Of a stretch of DNA of 47,769 nt, positions 9,497 to 20,013 are shown piece by piece. Where the stretch lies: the NCBI GenBank assembly GCA_019057795.1, contig JAHLWS010000081.1:1-47769 (forward strand), read 5' to 3'. Positions within the stretch are counted from its first letter, which is position 1. Every line of letters begins with the position of its first letter. This DNA comes from Promethearchaeota archaeon (GTDB lineage Archaea > Asgardarchaeota > Lokiarchaeia > Sigyniarchaeales > SOKP01). The notes under the pieces were generated by a model, which saw only the letters and a program-made list of their open reading frames with translations, searched no databases and had not been told where the DNA came from. Made by a program: the position numbers and the translations under genes.

Positions 9497-10492
9497 TTAG
9501 TTTTTTCTTGATTTAACTTGTTCTTCAATCCATTGATAAGTTTTTTCAATTCCCACTTTTAATGGTTGTGAGACCTCCCATCCAATTTTCTCGCGATATA
9601 ATTTATTATCTGAATTTCTTCCTCTCACACCCTCAGGACCTTTAATATTTTTAATTTTTAAATTCTTACCAGATATTCCTATTATCATTCGGACCAGGTT
9701 ATTTATAGAAATCATTTCTTCAGATCCGATATTGACAGGACCTATAAAATCAGAATCCATTAATCTAAGTACAGCTTCTAAGCATTCATCAATATATAAA
9801 AAAGAACGAGTCTGTTTACCATCCCCCCAAACATCTATAAAATCACCATCTTGGGCTTCAATTACTTTTCTACATAAAGCAGCAGGCGCTTTTTCCTTTC
9901 CCCCCTCCCAAGTTCCTTCTGGACCAAATATATTATGAAATCTACTAATTCTAATATTTAATCCTAGATTTTTAAGAAAAGTTAAATATAATCTCTCACT
10001 AAATAATTTTTCCCAGCCATATTCGCTATCAGGCGCTGCAGGATAAGCAGAATCTTCAGATAATTTTGGATTGTTTGGATCCATTTGATTATATTTTGGA
10101 TAAATACAAGCGGATGAGGAGTAAAATAGTAACTTAATTTTATATTTCACTGCCCATTCAGCAACATTTAAATTTATCATAGCTGAATTATGCATAATAT
10201 TAGCATCATTATCTCCAGTAAAAACATATCCTGCTCCACCCATATCTGCTGCAAATTGATAAACCTCATCAAAACTTCCTTTTCCAAGCTCATTTTGATT
10301 AGGGGCTAATATTACCTCTTTAACTACTAATGGATTTCTTAAATCACCTATAACAAATTCATCTGCTTCTGTTTTACCAAATTCGGGGTATTTCAAGTCA
10401 ACACCACGAACCCAATATCCTTCCTTCTTTAATCTTTTTACCATGTGACTTCCAATGAAGCCACCAGCTCCTAATATTAACGCCTTTTTCAT
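9497..10492 (-). CDS. GDP-mannose 3,5-epimerase-like NAD-dependent epimerase
   Basis: GAGGFIG, AADMGG, SSACIYP, YGWEK, EKAPAALCRK and GVRGRNSDN motifs. Confidence 0.85.
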   Translation of the reverse strand: MKKALILGAGGFIGSHMVKRLKKEGYWVRGVDLKYPEFGKTEADEFVIGDLRNPLVVKEVILAPNQNELGKGSFDEVYQFAADMGGAGYVFTGDNDANIMHNSAMINLNVAEWAVKYKIKLLFYSSSACIYPKYNQMDPNNPKLSEDSAYPAAPDSEYGWEKLFSERLYLTFLKNLGLNIRISRFHNIFGPEGTWEGGKEKAPAALCRKVIEAQDGDFIDVWGDGKQTRSFLYIDECLEAVLRLMDSDFIGPVNIGSEEMISINNLVRMIIGISGKNLKIKNIKGPEGVRGRNSDNKLYREKIGWEVSQPLKVGIEKTYQWIEEQVKSRKN

Positions 10493-10746
10493 GTTGGTTT
10501 GCCACTATCCTTATTTTTCGGATAACTTTTGAATTATTTAATTTTTTAACTTGATAGCTTTTAAGTAATTAAATAAATATTATTTTAATAAATTTAATAT
10601 TTATTATAAAAATAGTATTTCTATCTTAATGGATAAATGTCCTTGATATATATCTCCACTCTATTGTATAATTTGTGAGAATGTTATAAAAAAAACTTTT
10701 AGGTTTTTTTTATTTAATTTGGAATACTTTATTAATTTGAGAAGAT

Positions 10747-11499
10747 ATGATAATAAGGTTTATTAAAAAGATTCCAATATTAAAATCAAAATTAAAAACA
10801 TTACTCGGTTTTACTTCTATAGTTTTTGCAAAAATTAAACTTAAGAAAGCTGTTGCAAAATGTAAATCTTGGAAAGAACTTATAAACTTAGCATATACAT
10901 TTCAATTTTATGTTTATAAGAAAGAATTTTTTAGATTTGGAATTTTCCCTCTACAGGAAAAAGAAGAGTTAATTGATTTTTTAAAATTATTTATAAAACA
11001 ACATCCAAAAATAATCTTTGAGTGTGGAACAGCAAGTGGCGGTAATTTATTTTTACTAACACGATTTTCTGATAAAGATTCAATAATAATTAGTGTAGAT
11101 CTTCCTGGTGGTAAATTTGGAGGCGGATATCCATCTTGGAAAATACCATTTTATAAATCCTTTACCTCATATAATCAGAAAATTATTCTTATAAGGGATG
11201 ATTCTCATAAAATATCTACTTTAGAAAGCTTAAAAGAGGTTTTAAATAATCGGAAGATTGATGTGGCATATATTGATGGGGATCACACATATTCGGGGGT
11301 AAAAAGGGATTATGAATTGTATAGAAGTCTAATTAAGCCAGGAGGGTTAATGATATTTCATGATATAGTTCCGCATAAAAATAGAAATGTAGGGGTACCG
11401 AAATTTTGGCAAGAAATACACAAGGAATATGAATTTAAAGAAATTGTTAAAGATTGGAACCAAAATGGGGCAGGTATAGGAATATTATTCATAAAATAG
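10747..11499 (+). CDS. class I SAM-dependent methyltransferase (Methyltransf_24-like)
   Basis: ECGTASGG, IDGDHTY, PGGLMIFHD; paralog of 17435-18211. Confidence 0.85.
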   Translation: MIIRFIKKIPILKSKLKTLLGFTSIVFAKIKLKKAVAKCKSWKELINLAYTFQFYVYKKEFFRFGIFPLQEKEELIDFLKLFIKQHPKIIFECGTASGGNLFLLTRFSDKDSIIISVDLPGGKFGGGYPSWKIPFYKSFTSYNQKIILIRDDSHKISTLESLKEVLNNRKIDVAYIDGDHTYSGVKRDYELYRSLIKPGGLMIFHDIVPHKNRNVGVPKFWQEIHKEYEFKEIVKDWNQNGAGIGILFIK

Positions 11500-11527
11500 A
11501 AATGGGAAAAAAATAATAACTAATATG

Positions 11528-12634
11528 CTATATTTCTAAAAAAAAGCGTGCTAAATCTTTTGTGATACATCTTAGACATGTCTTTTCCTTATATAATTGA
11601 AAGGCATTATCCGCAATTTCCATCCTTAATTCTTTATTATTTACTAATTCCAGAATTCCCTCTGAAATAGACTTTGGATCTGCTCTTTCACATAAAAAAA
11701 TGTTTTTCCTATGAGTAAATAATTCATTGATAGCAGGCGTGTTTGATGTAATTATAGGAACTTTCATTTGTATTGCTTCAAAAATCTTATTTGGAATTAC
11801 ACATAAAGTTTTTTCTCCTTTTCCAAAAATTCCTAAAGCTATATCATATTTAGATATAAAATGGGGCAATTCATTAAGCGGAATTAAATCATAGAATTCT
11901 AGGTTATTTAATTTCAAAGATTTTGCAAGTTCAAAATTTTTTTTATATGTCTGTCCTCTACCAAGTAGAGAGAAAATTATTCTTTTATCATCTTTTAAAT
12001 CATCTGCAGCTTTAATTATAAATTCAATACCATGTAAAGGGATATAGGTTCCCCAAAACCCAACCTTTATTTTCTCACCATTCCCTCTTCTTTTTACCGC
12101 GTTATTAGAAATGCTAAAAATGGGCTCTGCTCCAACAAGAATTCTCCGAAATTTATTTTTTCTTAAATTAAACTTTATATTGAAATACTTAATATGTGTA
12201 TTAGTATCTAAAACAATTTTATCTGATAAAAGACATTCAAAATAATCTAAACAATAAAGAAATGCATATTTTAATAATTTAAAAGGCATATTTTTCCTTG
12301 AAAATACCTTTCTATCATCATAATAAGTCTGGAATTTTGATATGAAATAATCATATATTAAAGGAATTTTTTTATATTTTGAATAAAGTTTTGTTAAAGA
12401 GAATAACAACCAATCACGAGGAGATACTGAAAAAAAAATAATCAGATCAAAATCTATTGAATTAAGTGTTTTAAAACTTTTAATAAAAGTATAGATTACT
12501 TTCCTATTTGATGAATTCTTAAAATTTAATTTATAAACCTTTATACCATTAATTCTTAAAGCTCTTAAAATTATCCAATTCCTAGAATAATTTTCATCAA
12601 AGTTTCCAATATAAAGAACTTTTTTTACCTTAAT
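11528..12634 (-). CDS. GT4-like glycosyltransferase (start extended to ATT)
   Basis: GTYIPLHG and IPNKIFEA motifs; frame stays open upstream of 12409 to ATT at 12634 (IKVKKVLYIGNFDENYSRN), bounded by TAA at 12638-12640; GGTG upstream. Confidence 0.8.
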   Translation of the reverse strand: MKVKKVLYIGNFDENYSRNWIILRALRINGIKVYKLNFKNSSNRKVIYTFIKSFKTLNSIDFDLIIFFSVSPRDWLLFSLTKLYSKYKKIPLIYDYFISKFQTYYDDRKVFSRKNMPFKLLKYAFLYCLDYFECLLSDKIVLDTNTHIKYFNIKFNLRKNKFRRILVGAEPIFSISNNAVKRRGNGEKIKVGFWGTYIPLHGIEFIIKAADDLKDDKRIIFSLLGRGQTYKKNFELAKSLKLNNLEFYDLIPLNELPHFISKYDIALGIFGKGEKTLCVIPNKIFEAIQMKVPIITSNTPAINELFTHRKNIFLCERADPKSISEGILELVNNKELRMEIADNAFQLYKEKTCLRCITKDLARFFLEI

Positions 12635-12762
12635 TGTTTAAAACACCAAGTTTTAAATCTTATTTAATGAAGCCATAAAATTCTTCAGTTTTATTATTAA
12701 TAATATCCATTATATTTTGTTTTTATAGAGAATTGGGTAATTATATTTTATGTAATTTATAT

Positions 12763-13566
12763 TTATGGATTAAATTTATAATTCTTATTAATAATTAACC
12801 AATTTTGATATTGAAAATTATCATATTTCTGATAATATTTTTTAACTAATTTAATACAGTCAGGGTAAATTTTGTAAAAATTATAATTCAATTCCTCAAA
12901 TAAGTCAAAAATATCTCTTAAGAATACATGTGCGCCAATAAAGGTTCCGCCATACTCGAATTGAATTATATTAACTTGAATATTATTAAATAATGTTTTT
13001 CCACCCTTTAGTACTTCAAATTCATGTCCTTCAACATCAATTTTCATATAATCAATAAATTTTATATCATTTTCACGGCAATAATTTTCTAATGTATCAA
13101 GTTGGATTTTTTCTTTTTGCTGTTGTGGAATTTTCCCATAACGTTCATCTAATCCTTTTCTTTGATATAAGGAATTCAATCCTGAACCTTTTTTGAAAAT
13201 ATGTATAAATTGCTCCTTCTTAGCTGAACTTAAACCAATATTATTACAAATAACATTAGGGGGAAAATTATTATTTATCAATTTCTTAAAAGTATATTTA
13301 CTTGGCTCAAAACAATGAATATTTAATCTTTTATTTGTATTTAAAACAAACTTTGTCCATTGACATACATTTGCTCCAATATCAAATAAAACACTACGAT
13401 TTCCAATATTACGCTGTAAAAAGCGCATCTCTCCATTTGTAATCATATTATCATTGTTTTCTCCATTGTATCTATCGATATAACGCTTGAAAAAGTTATA
13501 GATTTTTGGATTCCGTGGTATAATTTTTATTAATAAATTATAAAAATTTATTTTAATTTTACTCAT
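12763..13566 (-). CDS. FkbM family methyltransferase
   Basis: FDIGANV, FEP, MKIDVEGHEFEVL and IQFEY motifs; ATG at 13566 follows GGAG. Confidence 0.9.
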   Translation of the reverse strand: MSKIKINFYNLLIKIIPRNPKIYNFFKRYIDRYNGENNDNMITNGEMRFLQRNIGNRSVLFDIGANVCQWTKFVLNTNKRLNIHCFEPSKYTFKKLINNNFPPNVICNNIGLSSAKKEQFIHIFKKGSGLNSLYQRKGLDERYGKIPQQQKEKIQLDTLENYCRENDIKFIDYMKIDVEGHEFEVLKGGKTLFNNIQVNIIQFEYGGTFIGAHVFLRDIFDLFEELNYNFYKIYPDCIKLVKKYYQKYDNFQYQNWLIINKNYKFNP

Positions 13567-13848
13567 ATTGTTCTCCAACAATTAAATTTTATATTTGCAA
13601 ATTTATAGTGAAGAAATTTAATTTGCCTTAATCTAAAAATATATTTAAAATTTGTATATAAACTTGCGAGGGAAATTATATGGAGCAGAATAATTTAATT
13701 GTCTAAATAAATAAAAAGTGCTGTAGCAGATACTTCTTTCTCAGAAACTATTCAAACTTAAATTAATAAAATATTAACCCCTTATGAAAATCAATTAATT
13801 TAATCCATAACTCATAATATTAAGAAAATACCCTTTAATTTTAAATAT

Positions 13849-14958
13849 ATGAAAGTTATAGCAATAATGCCAAAATTGTTAGATTATTTGGTTTCAGCAA
13901 TTATCGAAGGATTATATAAAAATAATGTGAATATAATTGCATCCGAACCAGGAAATAACGTCAGAAAGGTTTATTCAAAAAAAGAGATAATAGAACACTC
14001 CAAAGATGCCGATTACATTCTGGTACTTACAGGAAAAGTTAAGGGAAATATCCCTCCGAAATATTTTCTCTTAGATAAAATAAATAGACCGAACATAACA
14101 GCCTTTATAGATGGAAGTGAATGGACTTATTCAAGCTTCCCGGAAAAAAATCAAATAATTGAAAGCCTGAAAAATCCAATAAGGAGAAAAGGCAAAAAAT
14201 GGATAAATAAAAGAATGTTTAATTATTGTACATGGTATTTTAAAAGAGAATGTTACCCTGAAGATGCCAAAAAAGGAATTATACCTCTATTATTCGCTGC
14301 AGAAGATAATTATTTTGGAAACTATGATTATGAGAAAAATATAGATGTTTTTTGTTCATTTAGACAAAAAGGAACTGGTTTAAGGCAAAAAGTAGAAAAT
14401 ATATGTAGAAAATTAAAGAGAAAAGGGTATAATATCGTTATTAAAAGTGGGTTATCATACGAAAAATATAAGAAATTAATTTCATCTTCTTATATCAGTA
14501 TTGATGCTTGGGGTGGGGGAGATTGTAATGCTAGAATTTGGGAAATCTTTGCTAACAAAAGCTGTTGTTTTTCTCAAAAATATAATATTCTCTTTCCACA
14601 TAGTTTTACAGATGGATACAATTATGTTGAGTATTCAACCATTGAAGAGTTTGAAGATAAATTAAGATATTATTTAAAGAATAAAGAAAAATGTTTAGAA
14701 ATAGCAGAAAGAGGATATCAACACTTATTAAAATATCATACTTCAAAACAGAGAGCTAAACTAATATTAGATGTTTTGGAAAACGAAAATAAAACAAAAA
14801 AATTTGATTATAATAAAAAACATTCTGTGGGAAAAATTTTTTATTTAAGCGTGATTTTAAATAGCTTTGTTAAAGATCCACGGAATATTATTAGATATTT
14901 AATGAATGTGTTTCAAGAATTAAAATTTAGGATTCGGAAAAATAAAATAAAAAAATAA
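13849..14958 (+). CDS. glycosyltransferase-like protein (Glyco_trans_1_2-like)
   Basis: GGGDCNARIWE; F.DG..YVEY...LRYYL....IAERG..H..KYHT motif. Confidence 0.7.
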   Translation: MKVIAIMPKLLDYLVSAIIEGLYKNNVNIIASEPGNNVRKVYSKKEIIEHSKDADYILVLTGKVKGNIPPKYFLLDKINRPNITAFIDGSEWTYSSFPEKNQIIESLKNPIRRKGKKWINKRMFNYCTWYFKRECYPEDAKKGIIPLLFAAEDNYFGNYDYEKNIDVFCSFRQKGTGLRQKVENICRKLKRKGYNIVIKSGLSYEKYKKLISSSYISIDAWGGGDCNARIWEIFANKSCCFSQKYNILFPHSFTDGYNYVEYSTIEEFEDKLRYYLKNKEKCLEIAERGYQHLLKYHTSKQRAKLILDVLENENKTKKFDYNKKHSVGKIFYLSVILNSFVKDPRNIIRYLMNVFQELKFRIRKNKIKK

Positions 14959-15034
14959 ATAACAGGCATCAATTAATAATTGATTTTAGCATATTCTAAT
15001 GAATATGAATCATATTAAAGTTTCCAAATTGGTT

Positions 15035-16000
15035 CTAGGCATTTAGTTTTATGAATATATCTTCTAGACTTGTTTCTAATTCTTTAATTTGCTTAATAGG
15101 ATATTTTTGAAGGATTCCAAATATTTTTGGATAGAAATTTCGATCTTGAATATTAAAATATACAATGTCTTTATTACTTTCTATATTGCTAACATAATTT
15201 AAAGTACTTAATTCATCAGTTAATTCTATAATTTTATCTAAACCGATCTTTATTTGAATTTTGATTTCTTTTTGAAGGAATTTTACAAAATTTTCTTTTG
15301 TATCAATTTTTATAATACTCCCTTGTTTAAGAAAAGCAATCTTACTACACATAGATTCTACTACATTCATTTGATGTGAAGTAATAAATATCGTTTTTTT
15401 AAGATTTGTTAGTACATTCATTATTTCTTTAACTATTATTGGATCTAGTCCTAACATTGGTTCATCTAAAAATAAAATTTTAGGGTCTATTAATAAAATC
15501 CTCGCCAATGCTAATTTTACTTTCATACCACTTGAGTAGGTCTCTACCAACTGATTTAACTTACTTGTTAAACCCAATATTCCAATGATATCCTTGATTT
15601 TCTTTTCATAATCACTTATATTATAGATTTTAGAGAAAAATTTTAAATTTCTATAACCTGTTAATCTATAATAAATCATTTCATTTCCAAGCATCAAGCC
15701 TACATTCTTTTTAATAAAATACCGTTCTTTTAAGATATTTCTACCAAGAACCTTGGCATAACCCTCTGATGGTTGCAATAAAGTCGTTAGAATGGATACC
15801 AAAGTTGTTTTACCTGCTCCATTAGGTCCAAGTAGTCCAAATATTTCTCCCTCCTTGATCTTTAAATTTATATTATTTAATGCTGTAAGTTTTTCAGCTT
15901 TACCTCTCATCTTGTATCTTTTTGTTAAATTAAATGTTTCTATTACATAATTTTCATCCATTGATTCATTTTCCTTAGGTATATTACTATTTGTTGTCAT
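15035..16000 (-). CDS. ABC transporter ATP-binding protein
   Basis: Walker A GPNGAGKT, signature YSSGM, Walker B LFLDEP; ATG at 16000 lies directly after the permease stop. Confidence 0.9.
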   Translation of the reverse strand: MTTNSNIPKENESMDENYVIETFNLTKRYKMRGKAEKLTALNNINLKIKEGEIFGLLGPNGAGKTTLVSILTTLLQPSEGYAKVLGRNILKERYFIKKNVGLMLGNEMIYYRLTGYRNLKFFSKIYNISDYEKKIKDIIGILGLTSKLNQLVETYSSGMKVKLALARILLIDPKILFLDEPMLGLDPIIVKEIMNVLTNLKKTIFITSHQMNVVESMCSKIAFLKQGSIIKIDTKENFVKFLQKEIKIQIKIGLDKIIELTDELSTLNYVSNIESNKDIVYFNIQDRNFYPKIFGILQKYPIKQIKELETSLEDIFIKLNA

Positions 16001-16001
16001 A

Positions 16002-16835
16002 TTAGTATCCAGATATTCCAAATTTATCATAGAATGTATTAAAAAAATATACAGAAAAAATAGGCAAAATTATTGTACCTCCAACAACTACAATGATGTG
16101 TATAGGTGTTAGAAAGGTTATAGCTAAATTATAATCAATTCCCATTAACCAAGAAATCCGTATTATATCAATAAAATAATATAAAGGATTTAATAAAATA
16201 ATGAATTGGATAACTTCAGGAAAAATTTGTAAAGGATAACTTATACAACTCAACCAGAATAAGAATGTCAATCCAGTATTGACTACACTATAAATACCTT
16301 CTTTAGTAATCATCAGTATCCCCATTATTAATCCTAAACATCCAAATAAGATTGCTAAAGATAGAAATGAAAATATAACAAGAAAGAGATAAAAAATGTT
16401 TATTGGAAATAATATATAGGCTATAATAAAGAAAAAGATAAAGGGAATACTTATTAATATGATTTCAGCTATGAGAAAACCAAATAAAAGGACATACCGA
16501 TTTATAGGGGCAACCATTAAAGCTTGTAGAGTTTTCCAATACTTTTCTGAATTAAATAAATGTGAAAAACTGAGTACAATTCTTCTTAAAAATTGAATGC
16601 AGAAGGCAATAAATAAGAATAGAATAAAATTTAGACCTGTCCAATATCCGAATTGATAATCCTCTCTTATTGTAAATATTACGTTAAAAATTATTAATGG
16701 CATCAAAATCTGGATGAAAGGAGCAAAATATCGAGTAAAAATTGATAATTTAAATCTAGCTTCAAGATAAATATTTCTTTCTACTAAAGCATTAATTTGC
16801 TTTATATTAGTTCTTAAAGATTTTTTTGATACCAT
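16002..16835 (-). CDS. ABC-2 type permease
   Basis: About six hydrophobic segments; YPL..FP and LNPLYYFIDIIR motifs; coupled to the ATPase gene. Confidence 0.85.
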   Translation of the reverse strand: MVSKKSLRTNIKQINALVERNIYLEARFKLSIFTRYFAPFIQILMPLIIFNVIFTIREDYQFGYWTGLNFILFLFIAFCIQFLRRIVLSFSHLFNSEKYWKTLQALMVAPINRYVLLFGFLIAEIILISIPFIFFFIIAYILFPINIFYLFLVIFSFLSLAILFGCLGLIMGILMITKEGIYSVVNTGLTFLFWLSCISYPLQIFPEVIQFIILLNPLYYFIDIIRISWLMGIDYNLAITFLTPIHIIVVVGGTIILPIFSVYFFNTFYDKFGISGY

Positions 16836-16980
16836 TCTAAATTAAAATTTGTGAAAGTTATATTATGATTAAATATAAGGATGATATAATTGTATCTTGA
16901 AAATATTATATTCTACTTATCTATTAAAATTTGGTGTTAGAATCCATTTCCAATTATTTTTTTAAATTGTCTGATAATAG

Positions 16981-17336
16981 GTGCTTTATCAATTTTTTAA
17001 ACCTGGAAAACATTTAGTTATATGGCGAAATTTTGAAGATTTACTTGAGAAACTAATTTATTATTATAATCATTCTGATGAGGCAGAAGTAATTGCTAAA
17101 ACAGGGAAAATTCAAGCTGAAAATAATTATGCAACTACTGAAAGTTTGGCGCTCACAATTTCAGAATTTGTTTTGGAAATAAAATTGATCCACGCTTTCT
17201 GGCTATTAATGATAACCGATGTCAGAATAAATAAGTTGAATCTCCAGAATATTTTGATGCAAGAGTAAGGTTATATGAAAATATACAAGAACTTGTTTTT
17301 CTACGAGGTTGGCAAGCTTATTTTTCATTTTTATAA
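16981..17336 (+). pseudogene. degenerate partial paralog of the 4937-6595 gene
   Basis: Close match to the central part of that gene; frameshift near 17176, internal stop, and ENIQEL joined directly to VFLRGWQAY. Confidence 0.9.
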
Positions 17337-17434
17337 TTAAAATGAACTATGAGAATTTGCTTTCCATTAACTCTAATCCAAGATTAAATATTTTTTGCCA
17401 TATACCGAATTCGTGTATAAATCGATTTATATTC

Positions 17435-18211
17435 TCATAGATATATCAGGCCTATTCCAGCCCATTTTTGTTTTCTGTCTTTAATAATTTCAAGATATTC
17501 ATAATCATTTTTGAGTTCATTCCAAAACTTATTTACTTTGCAACTAGACCTAGGGTCATGTTCAACGATATCGTGAAACGCGATTATTCCTCCTTCTTTA
17601 ACTAAACTTGAATACATTTTGAAATCTCTCTTAACTCCTTCATAGGTGTGATCTCCATCGATAAATAGAAAATCAACCTTTTTATCGGCAAGAACGGTCT
17701 TAACGAGTTTAAATGTTTTCGGATTATGGGAATCGTCTCTCAGCAATTTGATTTTCTGCCCATTTTTCGTGAAGGATTGGTATAGAGGTATTTTCCATTC
17801 GGAATACCCTCCTCCAAAAGATCCCCCCAGAAGATCTATACTTATTATGCTAGCTTCGGGATCGGCGATTCTAGTAAAGAGATAAAGTGTTCCCCCCCCA
17901 GCTGTTCCTATTTCAAGGATTATTTTAGGATTTAAATCTTTAAGAATTTCAAGAAGTTTAGTGATCTCATATTTAACTTGACCCACTTTAATAGAAAAAG
18001 TAAAGTATTGAAAAGAAAAAGCAAACTCGACAGCATTAGAAATATTATTTATATTCTTGATTTCTCTGTTCAAAAATTTACCTCTATTCATTTTCAAAAC
18101 TATTATTGGACACAGCAATTTCATCCCCATAGAATGAATAGAATATAAAGTTTTTTTTAGAACTGGGGGCATTATATCATATATCTGTAAAAACAATTTT
18201 TTTAAAGCCAT
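17435..18211 (-). CDS. class I SAM-dependent methyltransferase (Methyltransf_24-like)
   Basis: LEIGTAGGG, FIDGDHTYEGV and GGIIAFHD motifs. Confidence 0.85.
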   Translation of the reverse strand: MALKKLFLQIYDIMPPVLKKTLYSIHSMGMKLLCPIIVLKMNRGKFLNREIKNINNISNAVEFAFSFQYFTFSIKVGQVKYEITKLLEILKDLNPKIILEIGTAGGGTLYLFTRIADPEASIISIDLLGGSFGGGYSEWKIPLYQSFTKNGQKIKLLRDDSHNPKTFKLVKTVLADKKVDFLFIDGDHTYEGVKRDFKMYSSLVKEGGIIAFHDIVEHDPRSSCKVNKFWNELKNDYEYLEIIKDRKQKWAGIGLIYL

Positions 18212-18490
18212 AATATTTTAACATTATTTATGTGGTGCGTTTTGCTAATTCGAGAGTTTACCTATAATTAGGTCATCTATTCTGTTGTTGATAAATCGGG
18301 GTATGAACATGGGGTCATTGAATGGACTTCTTTCTTCACTGGGATTTTGGTCGAGTTTTATAGAACAAAAAACCCATGAAGCCGAAGATATAAAACTCCC
18401 TATTGATTTTGATAATAATCCAAAAAATAAAAACCTTGTTAGGATATATGATAAGGTTAAACTAAATGAAAATTTTTAAATGAAAATTCA

Positions 18491-18688
18491 GTTATCTTGT
18501 TCCATGATACAAATATATATGAAGGTGTTATACGATTTTTCGGTGAGTTAGACTTGCCAAAATATAATTTTACTCATTCTTTTGGATTAGGGGATGTGTC
18601 AAAAAATAAAGAATTAATTTCAAAGATTAAAGAGATATGGTATATACCTCAAGAGTTCAAGCTTAGAACAATAAAAGAAGCTCAATAA
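18491..18688 (+). pseudogene. C-terminal relic of a methyltransferase
   Basis: VILFHDT...GV.RFF.EL...FTHSFGLG resembles the Methyltransf_24 C-terminus; N-terminal part missing. Confidence 0.5.
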
Positions 18689-18873
18689 TTAACCTTAAGC
18701 GGTCTGGATAAAAATCTGGATAAAAAAGGTATTTTCAGATGATTGCGTGATATTCTTAGAATATCATCCAGATAAGAATAGTTAATACAAAATTTTAATT
18801 ATTTCACTAACTTCTAATAAATATTCGAGGTATATTGAAATAAATATATATCATAATACTTTTTTTCACCGAC

Positions 18874-18901
18874 AATCTTAAATCTTAAATCTTAAATCTT
18901 A
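18874..18901 (+). repeat. (AATCTTA)4 perfect tandem repeat upstream of the inositol synthase genes
   Basis: Four perfect 7-bp copies ending 42 bp before the ATG at 18944. Confidence 0.9.
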
Positions 18902-18943
18902 TAATTTATTTATTTTATAATTAGTATCAAATTTATAGAGTCG

Positions 18944-20008
18944 ATGGTCATGGGCAAAATTAAGATTGGAATTATCGGAATTGGAAATTGTGCAAGCGCT
19001 TTAGTCCAAGGTATAGAATATTATCGAGATTCTAATAAAAGTGGATTACTTCGACCTAATCTTGCGGGTTATTATATTTCTGATATTCAAGTCGTAGCAG
19101 CGGTGGATGTATCTGAAAATAAGGTAGGGAAGAACATTTCGGAAGCAATTAAAGCAAACGAATTGGATGTAGTGGTTGATTTTCATAAAAATTTTAATGT
19201 TCTGGTCGTTATGGGCGATATTCTCGATGGTGTCATTAGTGAAACGGAAAAAAATATTAAACCGGCAAATCAAAACCCAATAAATGTTGCAAAATATTTT
19301 AAATCGACTGGTGTAGAGATAGTATTATGTTTATTACCTTCTGGGGCTGATAACGCCGTTAGATTTTACGCAAACGAAGCAATTAAAGCTGGTTGCGCTT
19401 TTATTAATGCAACACCTACAAATGTCGCAACTGATAAAGAATATGCTAATAAATTCCATGATGCAGGTTTACCTTTAATTGGAGATGATTTACAAGACCA
19501 ATTTGGTGCAACAATTTTACATAAAATGATACTTCAACAAATGCTTGATCTAGGAATAGATATAAAAGAAAGCTATGCTTTGGATGTAGGTGGCGGAGCT
19601 GAAAGTTTAAACACGATTTACCGAACGCGAGAAACAAAACGAAAAATTAAAAGCATGTCTGTAGCGAGAGCCTTAAATATTGACGCTCCAATTGTTGCAG
19701 GCACTTCTGATTGGGTTGAATTTCTCGGTAATAAAAGGAATTCTATGCTCTGGATTGTTGGTAAAGGCTTTATGGGATCAGAAATAATAATGGATATTAA
19801 GATTCAAACTGAAGATGGTCCTAATGGGGGCTCCGTATTAGCAGATGTGATTCGCGTGACTAAAATAGCAATAAATCAAAGTGCTGCGGGATCTATTGAT
19901 GAAATTTCCGCTTACGGGTTTAAAAACCCACCGAAATCTCCGAAAACTCCGGCTGAAGCCAGTAAGAATTTAGCTAATTTTATATTAGGTATAAGAAAGG
20001 AGGAATAA
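18944..20008 (+). CDS. myo-inositol-1-phosphate synthase homolog, divergent copy
   Basis: GIGNCASALVQG, GCAFIN, IGDD and FKNPP motifs; several conserved motifs substituted. Confidence 0.8.
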   Translation: MVMGKIKIGIIGIGNCASALVQGIEYYRDSNKSGLLRPNLAGYYISDIQVVAAVDVSENKVGKNISEAIKANELDVVVDFHKNFNVLVVMGDILDGVISETEKNIKPANQNPINVAKYFKSTGVEIVLCLLPSGADNAVRFYANEAIKAGCAFINATPTNVATDKEYANKFHDAGLPLIGDDLQDQFGATILHKMILQQMLDLGIDIKESYALDVGGGAESLNTIYRTRETKRKIKSMSVARALNIDAPIVAGTSDWVEFLGNKRNSMLWIVGKGFMGSEIIMDIKIQTEDGPNGGSVLADVIRVTKIAINQSAAGSIDEISAYGFKNPPKSPKTPAEASKNLANFILGIRKEE

Positions 20009-20013
20009 AATCC

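Noticed and set aside
18285-18479. 64-aa ORF as a real gene
   Set aside because: No motifs, weak start, lies among relics
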